Assembly (NCBI RefSeq): GCF_964204645.1
Contig: NC_134027.1
Location: forward strand, 20,794,560 to 20,858,559
Direction: 5' to 3'
Length of the DNA stretch: 64,000 bases
Source: Tubulanus polymorphus
Lineage: Eukaryota; Animalia; Nemertea
Of the stretch, positions 1 through 13,520 are shown piece by piece (the stretch's first letter is position 1; each line of letters begins with the position of its first letter). The notes beneath the pieces were generated by a model that made no database searches, was not told the DNA's origin, and worked only from the letters and a program-made list of their open reading frames with translations. Made by a program: the position numbers and the translations under genes.

Positions 1-206
1 CAGATAAATGCATATAGTTATCAACAGATTCAAAACAAAAATTGATGTAACTGTTTTTGCGGCGTCAGAAATTGGCCACATAAATAATTTAGCTTATTAT
101 AGTCTACTGAAGGAAAAGTGATTTTTTTTTTAATCATCGTTGTATGAATAATAATAATAATCGTTGTATAAATGAATAATGCGATTCGTCCCGGAACTAC
201 TAACGG

Positions 207-455
207 TAGAGCCGTCGGAAGGGATTTTTCGGTGGCAAGGCTTACAGGTGAACGGGGCATCTTGAAAATGCAATCGCCGGAGATGCGTTTTGGGGCCATT
301 TCACGGTCTCGTTCACAGAAACATGAGAAGTCGTGAGCCAACCACCTAGTATAGAGAACGACGAGCTGCTACGCGGGAGAGCGTGCTTTTGAAAATAGCA
401 TAAAAGATTTTTGTTAAGCAAAAAAATGCCCTGCCGCCCCGTTCCGACGGCTCTG
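207..455. mobile_element. Small TIR element (MITE remnant, hAT-like ends)
   Basis: AGAGCCGTCGGAA (208-220) is the exact reverse complement of TTCCGACGGCTCT (442-454). No clean TSD. Confidence 0.45.
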
Positions 456-630
456 TAACGCGGATTCTACATTTGGATCCGATACACGTCAACTTAAGTT
501 AACTTTTATTGAATAGTCTCATAATGCTTATTCGAACTCTTGTAATTTGTAGGGTCTTACTGTCTAGTCATCGAACCCCGAAAATAAACGATTCTATCAT
601 TTCCATTTATTATTTCCATTCTGCATATAG

Positions 631-899
631 TATGGTGGCTGATTCGGGCCACATAAGAAACAAATATATGGTCGATCTCCACCAATTTATTTTTACATTT
701 TACGCTTTTCGTTTTAACGGCTCGTTAGAACCAAATTCTGGTTATAACGGCACCAGTTTTTCGTTTTAATACCACGTACGTAGCTTTAAAACGAAAAACG
801 AAAAACCGCCGGTTTTAGCGTGTAGAATTAGAAAACATTTGGTGAAGACTGAATGTCATTTATTAAATCTGTTTAATGTGGCCCGAATCAGCCACCATA
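631..899. mobile_element. MITE family A, copy 1
   Basis: 24-bp perfect terminal inverted repeat TATGGTGGCTGATTCGGGCCACAT / ATGTGGCCCGAATCAGCCACCATA; the outer TA may be a TSD. The same TIR occurs at 14608-14978 and 51238. Confidence 0.8.
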
Positions 900-1415
900 G
901 CATTGCAATCGTACTGCTTGGCAGAAAACTTTTGTACCTTGCAAATAAACGTTTATATTTTCAATTCATAACAGTAGTGTCACCAAACTCCCTGGAATGG
1001 CGACCAGACGATAATGGTGGTTTAAGCATGTAATAAGGCAATTTGATATTAATGTTTAATGCGATTTTCAATTTTGTATTGCTTTGTTTCTATTCTCTTT
1101 CTTTTCTATATGTATGCTTTTGACGTTATTATTATATGAACGTACGAAGGCCTAAGTGAATTCAATTCAGACTCAAGGTCGTAAAACGTCAAAGTCACGG
1201 CAATTGTATTCGTTACATGATTACGTATTACATATTGTATGAATGTATACTAGCGCTACGTATTATATTTTTATCGCGTCCTATTATATTTTCATCACCG
1301 TATGCATACGCTGAGCTGTAAAGATTATTACAGGTTATATTTCTCTCGAAATAAATTTTTGTTCCAGACGGACAAACGCAGAGCTGTAAAGCTGATTACA
1401 GGTTTCTCTCTCGAG

Positions 1416-2477
1416 ATGAATTTCAGCTTACAGACGACTTCAGTACTCTCCACGACTACTAGAAATCCCTGCCCACCTTACATATTCCAAAACGTGTTGT
1501 CAATCAGCGTAAAACTTGCTGGAAGTCTGCCTATCAGCATCGTCGGAATAGTTTTGAATTGTTTCAGCATTGTGATTTTACGTCGCCAGACTTCAAACCA
1601 CATATCGCTCTATCTTCTGCGATGTCTGGCAGTGGCCGATGTACTTTTTCTTGTATTCCGCATAATTCAAGAGCCTTTTCGTTTCATCGTCTCCGCTTTG
1701 ACTCAGGGAAGTCACATGTTCACAGTACCTACGAGTATGAGTTGGGGTGTTCGGCCATGGGTCTATCGGGTCGCTTGGTTACCGAGAAACTCAGCACATG
1801 TGACAAGAAACTGGATAACCGTACTGCTAGTTTTAGAAAGGTGTATTTCGATCGCTAGGCCATTCTTCGCTAGAACTCACTTTACAATACCAAGGGTTAG
1901 AATTGTAGTTTGTTGCTTCAATGTATGTTTTTGTGTTTTAAGTTGTCCATTGATTATCGGCACGACAATCGGAAACTGGTATTATGACGAGTGTAATAAG
2001 GTCATCATACAATCTATACGCATTGCCAGTGATCCGATACGGAAATACTTTTTTACTGAAATCTTTTTGTGGATTGACCATTTTGCTAGTCCTTTGTATA
2101 AAGAAATTCTGCCTGTTTTATTGCTTATAATCTTTAACAGCCATCTGATATGGACTCTAAGAAAGCTTGGTTCAAGGAGAAAAGAATTGACAAACGAACG
2201 CTTACAAAGGCTAGACGTGAAAGCTAGTAAGATAGCTATAGCTATTGTTATTCTGTTTATCGTCTGTGAAATCCCTGCATCGTTCCGATCTTATAACAAT
2301 TTCATCGGTCGCTTCGTCAAAATCCCACCCATTAAATATTCTTACACCGTCTACACAATTCAAGTACTGTTGAGCGATATCTTACCGATCTCGAACTCGT
2401 CTACAAATTTCTTTATCTATTACTTAGTAAACGATAATTTCAGAGACACTGCTAAAAGAATTCTGAGAAGGCAGTGA
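1416..2477 (+). CDS. Class A GPCR, FMRFamide/peptide-receptor-like, intronless coding region
   Basis: ORF 1302..2477 with 7 hydrophobic segments, YLLRCLAVADVLFL (TM2), ERC (DRY position), IVCEIP (TM6) and NSSTNFFIY (TM7). Likely start is ATG 1416 (MNFS, N-glycosylation sequon), downstream of an acceptor-like TTTTTGTTCCAG at ~1367. Confidence 0.88.
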   Translation: MNFSLQTTSVLSTTTRNPCPPYIFQNVLSISVKLAGSLPISIVGIVLNCFSIVILRRQTSNHISLYLLRCLAVADVLFLVFRIIQEPFRFIVSALTQGSHMFTVPTSMSWGVRPWVYRVAWLPRNSAHVTRNWITVLLVLERCISIARPFFARTHFTIPRVRIVVCCFNVCFCVLSCPLIIGTTIGNWYYDECNKVIIQSIRIASDPIRKYFFTEIFLWIDHFASPLYKEILPVLLLIIFNSHLIWTLRKLGSRRKELTNERLQRLDVKASKIAIAIVILFIVCEIPASFRSYNNFIGRFVKIPPIKYSYTVYTIQVLLSDILPISNSSTNFFIYYLVNDNFRDTAKRILRRQ

Positions 2478-4211
2478 ATCTAAGCTTCGTTAATTGAGGA
2501 AGATGCATTGTCGTTCGCAACTAAACTGTCAGATTGTGTCACTATCAGCCGTACTCAGTCAAATTTGGTTCATTTTCAATTAACCGTCATCTCAATTTCT
2601 AGTTGTTCAAATCCAAAAATCAGATATTATAAACACTGATTAATCATGTTAAGCTTATGTTAATTTGCGTACATCATACACAGATTTTCGAGTTTTCATT
2701 ATTCAAATAATTCCTATTTTTTCTCAAGGTTAAACTTTCGCAATGATATTTCATTTTGACCGAAAGAAATAATGATTGAATCAGGATTCTCGATGAGTAA
2801 TCAAAAAGAAAACAGTTCAATGTTCGAAATGGATTGGTTTTTTATCATAAGTCTGATGCATTCAGTGGAATTAGATATTCACTCGCGATGCAATTCCATC
2901 AGAGAATATTCAATCTGCAAGAGGAAAATGATTTACAGAAACTTGTATTCAACTATTTAAAGATAGATCAATAGTTCCGATTTCGGCCTAAGTGTAGAAT
3001 CTAACTGATGGTTATCCAGTCAGCCAGTCGTTCAGTCGACCAGTTATCCAGTCACCCAGTCATGTCGCTCGGTCATCCATCCAGTCAACCTGTTAACCTG
3101 TATCCCAGACATCCAGCCGACATCAGACCACAATTAGGCTATAGTAGCCTCAAGATGCACTGGCACTGTACTGGGATACCCTTCCTTGCTAAAAGTTTGA
3201 TCATTTCAAAAGTTAGGTAAGTTGCAAACAACTTTAGTGCGTAGGGTAATGGTACTACGATTTCCACCACTTGTAATGGGACTACCACCTCCACCACTGT
3301 TATGTCACCTCGTTCTTCTCACTAATGCTGTGCTGCACCCGCTTCTAACATCACCCTATTTGGTATTATCAATCCCTGCTACTTCCATTCTACTCCCTCC
3401 TTTACTACACTAATCGTCCCTTAAAAGTCATTACATATTAAACAGAGTTACTAAATGCTGCTCTTTCTTATCAACATACTCCCTCCTTGTAACCCGAGCC
3501 ATTTGCATTCAATTAGCGCACCAGCACACATCTAGTGTACGCTATCGTGCGCACACACTATCTTTTCCCATACACATAAAACCCTATAACTATTGCTTCT
3601 ACAGTAGCAAAAGATGCTGGCCTGTGAGCCAGCATAGGATTTCCGCTGAATTTACACGCTTATATATGAGCCCAAACGCTCGAATTTCATGTTATTACAA
3701 TAGGATATAGAAGATATTGTAAAAGTGGTCTGATTTCTGACGGCCAATGTACAGCCAAACTAATATATATTGGATTTTCATAAAATTGAAAAAGCCGCAA
3801 TTTTGTTTAAGACCTCGTTATGGGATCTAACATTTACCTAATTCGCTGTTTTAACCAGTTTCATGCTAGGATTTAGTAATATCTTTGTTTGTAGAAGGCA
3901 AAAATCGTAGATTTCAGTCAATTTCTAGGTGTGAATCATAAGATATTTTCTCGTCGGAAGCCCAGTCTAGGCTTAGCAGTCATGTTAATGTTATAAATAT
4001 CGATTTCGACTGGAGTGGATCCAGTTCCAAGTAATTTAAGCTATACTTTTGTTTTATTATACAGGGTGTCCCAGAAATTATTATTCAATAAAGAATTGCT
4101 CAAGAAACGGTCAACATTGTTCAAGCATTTTAATCGTTAATCAGTGATACTAATATCGGGAGAAACCGATCGAAGCTAGGAAAATGTTCACAGACTTCTT
4201 CGCCATTCGCT

Positions 4212-4441
4212 TAAGCCGGGCGCATACCTTCGCGATCATCGTGTCATCATATCATCGCATGCGATGACACGATGAAAATCGCACCATCCCCGCATACCTT
4301 TGCGATTTTTATGAGGGCCTCGAGTTGGACTCAATCACGTGACTGAGCCGCCATTTTGAGCATCATGTGACTGCTTCATCCTTAATTCTGATTGGCTACT
4401 AAAAAATTTCGTTCATCGGCAGCGTATGTGTGCCAGGCTTT
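4212..4441. mobile_element. Degenerate PIF/Harbinger-type MITE
   Basis: AAGCCGGGCGCATAC at the left versus GTATGTGTGCCAGGCTT at the right (imperfect TIR). Internal palindrome ATCATCGTGTCATC...GATGACACGATGA. Confidence 0.45.
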
Positions 4442-4539
4442 GATATCTACCCATATAATATGGAAAGAAAATCATCGACATTTGATTTTGCTGATCATCA
4501 GAAAGTACGTGTTACTAGCATGAAAAAAATTATGCATCG

Positions 4540-4594
4540 ATGTTATGTTATGTTATGTTATGTTATGTTATGTTATGTTATGTTATGTTATGTT
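4540..4594. repeat. (TGTTA)n pentanucleotide microsatellite
   Basis: Seen directly, about 11 units. Confidence 0.95.
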
Positions 4595-5879
4595 GATTTA
4601 GTCATGAAAGTTATCTGAATATGGATAAGTCACAAGATACGTAAATCATTTAATTTGAGAATTGTTTGGATGGGGGAAGTGAAAACGATTGTCGTGATCA
4701 TGAAAAACATTTCATTCTAACGAATAGCGTGGCCACTTGATATTCGAAAACATTAGCAAACAGTATTCGAACTGAAAACTGAGGCCAGTCCCGGCCAAAC
4801 GATCGGTCTGAATTTGATCGATGATTTCACATTGCTCGACTGTGATGAATTTTTCCAGCCTCCGATTTTGCCTTCACGAATAAAAGGAAATATTCTATCA
4901 TCATCTTGGAATTGCGATTGGCTGTAATCAGTCAATAGGTTTGTCTCTCATACTCGCAAATGTCTGTTCTACGAAATTATTGATTTTATCATTATAAAGA
5001 TAGGGGTTTTACCGAGAATGGCGCAGGTTTTCAGAATGTTTTCTTTTATCTTCATATTTCAGGAATGAAATGTTGTCGCGATGTTGCTGGTTCCACTAAC
5101 GAAGAACATGGTCGTAGTAGAAATCTCCGTAGAAATCGTTGCACGAACCTAAAATATCAACATGACTCATCGGTTTTGTAGTTCGAGGTCGAGAATGAAT
5201 ACATCTATATTTAAATATTTTCTCATTTAGAGCCATTCAACTTACCTGAAAGATTTCCAAAACTGTATAGACCTATACGACTTATGATGGTGATAATATA
5301 CGAGACCAAAGTATCTTTGAATGAATGAATGAATGAATGAACACTTTATCATTCAAATATAATTTACAGCAAAGTGTACAAAGTGTTGTTGTACATTGAC
5401 GGAAGAATCCATTTCGATCAGTGTCAACTCGTTAAGTGGTGCCGTTGGTATTTAGAGGGGGAGTTGCACTTTTTGTGAAAAATAGTTTATCATTCAGAAC
5501 GCGGACCGACCTAAACTTTTGATCTTAAAATAGGGATTGTCCCCATTATTTATTTATTTGGCTGGTAAATTTTGTTTGATTTTTCGATTGAGTGTCCCTT
5601 ACAGACCCACCACACCTGCCGGGAGCGAAACAGGGGGTTTGATTTTGAAATCGGAAATCGAAGTACAGATATAGATGTGTGATCGGCGGTCGAGTTAACA
5701 GAATATTTTTAAATCGAAGTACATAATTGGAAATTCGGTTCCGGTTCATCCAAACAATCTTCCATTCAGTCTGAACCGGCAAGCGACTGATTGGGATGAA
5801 TTTTTCTGGCTGCCTAATTTAATACAATGAGATTCTGGAAATAGCTATATTACAAGATCATTTTGTCCATTTTTACTTT

Positions 5880-8060
5880 ATGAGGAAGGCAAATACGAAT
5901 CTTGTTTCATTGAGATCAGGAAGGGCAAATCCTTTCAAAACAATTTGATTATTGGTGAAGTCTATAGAGTACCTGGCACCCATGTGAATGACTTTATTTC
6001 AAGCTATGATAACTTACTTAAAACAATCAAAAAGGAAAAAAGTGACATTATTCTTGGAATGGATCAAAATATAGATTATATTAAGATTAATTCTCATAAT
6101 AATACATCCAAATTTTTAGACTGTAACCTAAATAGCAATTTGTTTCCTTCCATCTTGAGACCAACTAGAATTACTCACTCAAGTGCTACCTTGATTGATA
6201 ATATCTATTTATCACCAAATCTCTGTTCACGGGCCACTAGTGCAATTTTGACCACTCATATTTCAGATCACTTACCTTGTATAGTATCAATAAGAGGAAT
6301 TACCAAGTATCGAGAAAGCACTGAAACCACCAAGCGTAACCTATCTTATAATAACTTTGCCCTTATCAATAGAAAATTACTAACAACTGACTGGACTGGC
6401 CTCGCTCACATGAATGCCAATGAAAGTTATTCTTATTTTATCAATAAACTCAGTAATATAGTGGACGATGTAGCGCCTGTAATGAAAGTTAAAGCTAGAA
6501 ATCACATTAGAGAAGAATGGATGACGCCATCCATTTTAAAATCGTCACGGAAATGTGATAAACTATATAAGAATTGTATTCACCTAAATAAAAATGACCA
6601 GAAATATTAGGAATATGTCCTATATAGAAACAATCTGAACTATATCAAAAGACGACAAAAACTTGATTACTATTCAAACAAATTAACCATGTTTAAAAAT
6701 AATTCTAAAAAGCTCTGGCAATTTATGAAAACAGCCATTGGGAAAAACCGAGATAAAACTTCAGTGACAACCAATAGCTTTATAATTAACGGCAAAGTGA
6801 CATCTGATCCAATGATGATCTCAAATGGCTTCAATGATTATTTCTGTACTATTGGAGGAAGATTTGCAAATGAGATTCCGAAATCGAACAGAGACTTTAC
6901 TAGTTATTTACCAAACCAAAACCCTAACTCAATGTTTCTTAGCCCTACAAATGAACAGGAAATTGATTTACTAATCAAATCTCTGCCCAACAAACTCAGT
7001 TCTGGTCACGATAATATTAATAATTTAATAGTTTAAAAAGTAAAGCAAAATATTCACAAACCATTAACCCTAATAATGAATAAATCTCTCGAGGAAGGAA
7101 TTTTCCCTGATGATATGGAAATAGCGAAGGTTATCCCTATATTTAGAAACAACGACAAAGATCTTTTTTCTAATTACAGACCAATTTCGCTGCTGCCAGT
7201 TTTCTCCAAAATCCTCGAGAAACTCGTACATTCTAGGCTTTATTCTTTTTTAGTCAAGAATAATATAATCTATACGAGCCAGTATGGGTTTAGACCAAAT
7301 CACTCAACGGGCCACGCTATAAATGAATTTTTAGGCGCCATACTAAATAACATTGAAAATAAAAAACGATCTCTCGCATTCTTTTTAGATTTGTCAAAAG
7401 CTTTTGATTCCCTTGATGTTAGTCACCTACTCTTTAAGCTTTCCCATTATGGAATCAGGGGTCACTGCTATAAATGGTTTGAAAGTTATCTTACAAACAG
7501 AAAAATGTATGTTAATTATAAGCTGAATACAGATTCTCAATTAAAACCTATCAAATTTGGTGTCCCCCAGGGCTCGGTACTCGGTCCTTTGCTTTTTTGA
7601 TATATATTAATGACCTTAATCATGACCTAAAAAGTTCCAAAACAATTCTTTTCGCAGATGATGCTAATATTCTTTTTGAAATTGATAGAATTGATTCAAT
7701 CCAAAAAGTCACTGTCGAAGATATCAAGATTTTAATTGACTGGTTCCGTGCAAATTTATTAACGCTAAACATACCAAAAACTCATGCAATCCTTTTCTCG
7801 AAAAAAAAAACTTGAAGACATCCACTTAAGATTTGGTCCAGTGACTATAACACCCACCAAATCATGCAAATTCCTAGGATTAACAATTGAAGACCAACTC
7901 AACTGGGATTCACACTTGAAACAGCTTGTCTCTAAAATTAATAAAAACATATTTCTTCTCCGTAGTGTAAAAAATTTTCTTCTCCTACCATGGGCTAAAC
8001 GTCTACTCTATCATAGCTATGTACATTCCCACCTTACCTATGCATTAGTAGCCTGATGCA
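5880..8060 (+). pseudogene. Degenerate non-LTR retrotransposon ORF2 (APE endonuclease + reverse transcriptase), CR1/L2-group
   Basis: Consecutive ORF fragments carry APE motifs (YRVP, ILGMDQN, TLIDNIY, ISDHLP) and RT motifs (NYRPISLLPVFSKILEK, QYGFR, FLDLSKAFD, GVPQGSVLGPLLF, FADD, KFLG). In-frame stops at ~6610 and ~7036 and frameshifts at ~7597 and ~7805; truncated at both ends. Confidence 0.92.
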
Positions 8061-9441
8061 CTGGAGCAAGTCAACATAATCGAGTTATGTTATATAAGTG
8101 ACCTCCAGTAAGTTCTGCTCTTGTGTCCAAATAAACTAATCAATCAAGAGAAAAATTAGCTCGCTGTCCTTGGTCTATTGTATGCCATTTTATACTGCGT
8201 TTGTTTGAAACTGTGTAGTTAAGATGTTTTAGCTAAAGAAAATAAGCAAATTGAACATGTCTTGGTCCTGTCCGCTTAACATTTTATGGATCGAGTCTTT
8301 GAAAAACTCCCATATAAGTACTACACAGCGAATAATTTTTGGTTTTATAAAGAACCTCCCTCCCTCGTTTCATTGGAAAATATGAAAATGCAAGTTTATT
8401 TCCACTTCTTTATTTTAGAAAAGCTCATTAACAAAAATTCGCCTACCCGCGCCATGTCAAGAAAAGAGGTTCGGATGAGAAACACAAGGTATCCACTTTG
8501 AAGGGCCTAACCCCCATTCCAAGACTATGGATTTTGGAGTAGACTTTCAAGCTAAACCCTCACCCGTGAAACTGTGGTTAGATTTTCACAATCATAGACA
8601 GGGTCCAGAATCAGATTTAAACTCACATTTGCGGCAGATGTAACACAAATCCAGACGCAAACGTCAAATCAAACACACGTTTAGCTCGGATTATACGTGT
8701 ACGAACGTTGGCTTAAAAAATATATCCATTCAAACAGGCACATTTTCTTTCATATTTCATGTACGTACCGGGCCGAGTTGAGTTATTTTCAGAGCCACTT
8801 ACGAGTAGGTTCTCAATTTGTTTCTTTTACAAAATACAAATGCGAGGATTTGGTCACCAAGCAATTTTCAGCAGACACTAGAAATATATGGAGTTATCAA
8901 CGAGAAGCAATGCGACACCGAAAATTCCTTGCGCGCGCCTAAGGCGTTTTTTTTATTGGAACAGAATTGAAGCATCCTATGAACTACAATTCGTTGTATT
9001 CGAGTAGTTCTTGAATTCTGGATGATGTACTGCTAGGGTTAAGATATTTAGGGTTACGCAAAATCTTGGGCCCGAGCTCCCGCGGGACAGTTTGAGAATT
9101 AGATGCAAAGAAGCAATTCTAGAACGTCTAGTGACGATATTTCTGCTTCTTTTTCCTACAATTTGGCCTTAAATCGAGCAAGTTGGTGAGAATGTGAATA
9201 TTTTGAATGAAAACGATTGAAAAATGTTTCGTACGTACTAATGAGTGAAACTTTTTGAATCGATGTTCAAAATTTTTTTTAAACCAGCACCTGCGTGGAA
9301 CTTCATCATTGAGCTGGGCCCTTAATACGGGCCTGAGTGAGCAAACTTCTGGCAACCATTGAAAAGCCAAACTAGAATTGCTATCATAGATTCCGCGCCG
9401 GTCGCTAGTATGTAGTTATCCAGAAATTATGTTCAGGTATT

Positions 9442-10101
9442 CTAGACGTATCGGCCCCACTCCGCGCGGTTGCGCCACCACGCGGGATTTACGCGAAGCA
9501 GCAAACACAAACATGGCCACTCTCTCAATTTTCAATGATAGAAATAGTGCGTGCGTTTCAATTATTTCGGCTGTTAGGGTTTTAAGGCACAATATAAGTT
9601 GATGATGTGATATGGCGATGTTAATTAATGATAATTCAGCAGTGAAGCTAGTCACGAACGGTGCCGATTGAGTGTACAGCTGCCAAAAACACTGAAATGT
9701 GCGTAGTTGCGTAACTATTTGCAGTGAATTGCAGACGAAACATGAAGCTTTAACGGCCGTTTAAAAAAAAATCATACCAATCGCAATTGTAAAATAAAAA
9801 TGAGATAGAACCTAAGTTAAAATTCTGGCCATTTCTAAAATGTTATTACTAATTTTTAGTCAGTGCCGAACGTTTAGTTTTCCAACAATAATGAGGGGTG
9901 GTAGGTAGTCATGCAATTCAAGTCATCATTTATAACACATTAGTTCCGTGTTGTTGAAAATCTCGTGAGTCCTGGACCAAACCCCAATGAACAATGTGAT
10001 CTGTGTGCTGGCCACAAATGCACTACGCTACCCATTACACACTCCAGTACCCATAGCTTTCATATATCCATCCAAATATTTAGAGTGTCTTTCTTCCTGG
10101 G
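9442..10101 (+). mobile_element. ~660-bp non-autonomous element without TIRs, copy 1
   Basis: Near-identical to 22004-22674 and to the reverse complement of 39437-40105. Ends are CTAGA|cgtatcggcc... and ...tctttcttc|CTGGG. Confidence 0.9.
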
Positions 10102-10417
10102 TACGATACGGTTGCCTAGTTAGTTCCATTGACAACAAGTAATAATCTTTCCCATTTTTTTATAATTGCCTAATAGTGGAAGAAAAACATATCAAAACTA
10201 TTTATGGAACCCCGAAATATGTCATATTGCTGTAGATAGTTTTAAAGAAAGAATGTCCGGATGGAAATATCAAATTTATCGTTTCAAATCTTTCGCTTTA
10301 CGTTTCATGAAATAACGTCATTACAAGGCGAGCGAGAAAAATTCGACACCGAATGAAAGCGAACAAATTCTAGTAAGAAAAGAAGACGTTATACGTTTTC
10401 ATCAACAAAAAAGAATG

Positions 10418-13400
10418 CTAGATTTTGGAAAGAGTTGATAATTGACTAACAGACATGTCCGTGCTAGTTGAGTCCGGTCGTTTTACGGAACGAAGAATCC
10501 CGTACAGTCGTAATATCTGTTTACTGCAACAGAAACTGAGAGTGATCAATAAACCTTGAGAACTATTTACAGCTACCACTAAATACAACAACACCGGTAC
10601 TGATTTCAGAAATTGCGAAAACAGAAGCAGAATCCACGAAACACCGAATAAAACTGATAACTTTGCAACCGGTATGTAAAGACGGCTTCCGGTATTTGTT
10701 GAAACGATCCTTTTTTGTAGTTTTGTAGTTTTGCAAAGAGCGTTACAAATCAGAATCATCGCCGCGAAATTGAAAGCGCATATCAAAGCGACCGGGGCGA
10801 AAAATGCGACGATTTTGGAATTTCGATCTACAAGCCAACAAGCGGCTCGCACAGGGGCGACGTACACGCGCCACGGAAATTCCAAAATGGTGAAATCTAG
10901 CGCTAGAAACAATGCCACATACACAGCAGGGACTCCCCAAGCGTAGACGGAATATTTCACCAGTTTAGACGCGTTTTTACCGGGACTATGAGGGGCCAAC
11001 CGCACAAAAATTCGGGTCGTGTCGAAACTAATAGCGTTCATCCAGAAAAACGAAACTAGTTGAAAATAATGAGTGACAATAGCTACAACAGTGCAACCGT
11101 ACCCGCTTTCTATGACTGATCGTTGAAAAGCTACGAAAGTATATAGTGTTGTACCGGCGGCCATTGAAGCCATAAGCTGCATTAAACACAAACCTGGTAG
11201 ATTTCTCAGTACACCATATTTGCAATAGGTAACGAAAGTTATTGTCAGACCGACAAGTGATAGACTACTCAAAATCGTGTTTATAATTGCTTCAATCTTA
11301 GTGAACGAATCGTAAAAACAAACAAGTGCATTACTAGATCCGTTTTCAGTTCCGTTGATTAACTCATATTCACCGATTTGGAAATCATGTGGTTTGCTGT
11401 TTATCATAGCCTTCAGAGTATTTCTATTGTTAAATGTAAAATCTGTGACACGGAATCTTTTTTTGCATTTGAATTGAGCGCATGCGGTTAGTTGAGTGCC
11501 CAAAGACCCGTCCCACTTGCCCCAGAGCCCTAAGAAAATTCCATTCTCAACTACGCCCATAGTCGGACTATCGTTATTCAAATTGACGTAATCCGTATCG
11601 TTGATGACGTCGATTGAATATTGATCAGGTTCGTACGTCATCAGTTTTCGTGTAGGGCAAACAGTGACGTCAGGAATCTGATAGTTGTGCAGACGGCTTT
11701 CGATAATTTCTATATGTGGACAATCTTTATCCGACTCCAAAACTGTGGAGTTCATTATGATTTTCAAAAATGATTTCAATGATATGGAAACAATGGCATT
11801 AAACTGAACTGAATAGAATCTCAGCAAAGAGAAAAGACCGGGCGAATAACTTGTCACCAAATTAGAAAAATCTTTGACATCCCCACCGCTAGACCATGCA
11901 ATATTTGACACAATTTTCTCTACCCTCTTTTTTAAACACTCATTTACATTGGCATCTTCTGCAGCGCTCGAACTAACCATCATCGTCAAATTCGCATATA
12001 CAACTTGGAACGACTTTTCGCTAGTCTGAACGCATTTAGAGAAAAGTCGTTCATATTTCTGCCCGAGAGGACAAACGTTGAAACTGCGGTCACCGATGTC
12101 TAATTGAAAGTTACCACTGTCCGGTGATAAATCGAACATATAAGATAAAGTTCCGAATGACGGACCTTTGATCTTAGATACCTCTTTTTCTCGGCATTCT
12201 AAAAGTTTTAACCGCAGAAATTCCCCGTCGATCAAATTACCATTACAGATCAAACAATGCATGTTACGGTACGTTCGATTTGTTTTCTCTATATTAACTG
12301 GTGATACGTACTGTGTGCACAGATTTCTTGAGAACTTATCGAGACCGACATTTTCGGCGAGATCGTAATGTGACGATTCACGGGACGGACAGCTAGCAGT
12401 GGTTTTTGGATTACACTTAAGAAAGACCTTCTCAATACGAGAAGTAATCCACGATAATTTACAAGAATTGTTCATTAAATATTCGAAATGTTCGTCGCGG
12501 GTTTTTGGTGCGTTAATGACTGACACGTTTTTCGGACATTTGCTCGTAAATCGAATCGCTTCCGCCAAATTAACGTCGAAACCGTGACACATCAAACAAA
12601 ATACATTTTTGAATATGAATTCGTCTTTGAAATTTACAAATAATCTATCGCGCATATCATCATTATCACCTTTATATTCGTCAGTTTTCTGACATCGTCG
12701 CACGACTTCACTCGTAACGTTAGAATTCGGTGGGCATCTCGAAACCGCCCAGTAGTATTCATCTGCGAGCGCCCTTTTGTAAACGGAATTCGATATACAC
12801 GTGACGTAATCGCCTAAATGTGTTTTCTCGAACGCTGCGGCCGCAGAAACACAGCAAGTTCCCATCAATTTACAAAGTTTGAAATCATTGGAACACTCAA
12901 GCGCGTTGTCGGGACAAAATTCGTAAGGTGCTTTCAACAACGCTTTTCCTTCCATTCGAATTACATCTTCTAGTTTCTGTTGCCCTAAATTACAATTAAA
13001 GAAAATAATTTTCGGAATTCTTTCAAAGATTGTTTATTAATTACAATAACGACATAACTTAGACGGCAGATAACATCGTTTGATTCTTATACAAAAGACG
13101 AATAGATCAAAAATCGATATAACATACGTAGGCCTATACATAATATCAACATGACATATCAACATGCTGACCAGCATGTTGATACGTACCACCAGGCAAT
13201 CAGAATGTACCAGTAAACAAAATCTGTTTTGTTTGCAAAATGAAAATAAACAAGACGATAACAATGAAATGAAACAAGTTTAGGCCATTCTAGTACGTAA
13301 GATATCAATCAAAATAGATAGTAATATCAACATTCGAAATAAAATCTCAGAATGACGGATCGCCGAATGAAAAGAAATGAATTCTTAAAGTTAATCGAAT

Positions 13401-13520
13401 TTGTTTCTTACCTTCATGGGTATAATTTCCAGTTACTAGTTTAAAGCCATCGTCTGCTGAAAGGGTCGAGCCAAAGATTTTGATATGAAAAAATACCACT
13501 AAAATCCCAATTAACTCCAT
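10418..13520 (-). CDS. Family B (adhesion/Methuselah-like) GPCR with Cys-rich ectodomain; exons 13520-13412 and 12984-10418
   Basis: The 845-aa ORF has family-B 7TM motifs (LRNLPG, HYFQLVSFFWMN, YAWGVP, CW, LFGVSW, NSSQG) and two KN/RN-x-x-C-x-x-C-x-G Cys modules. The upstream exon encodes a signal peptide (MELIGILVVFFHIKIFG), ends at a GTAAG donor and joins in phase 1 at the TTTAG acceptor before 12984. Confidence 0.88.

Noticed and set aside
1302-1415. N-terminal 38 aa of the GPCR ORF
   Set aside because: The region contains splice-acceptor-like sequence and the peptide is not receptor-like; ATG 1416 is preferred.
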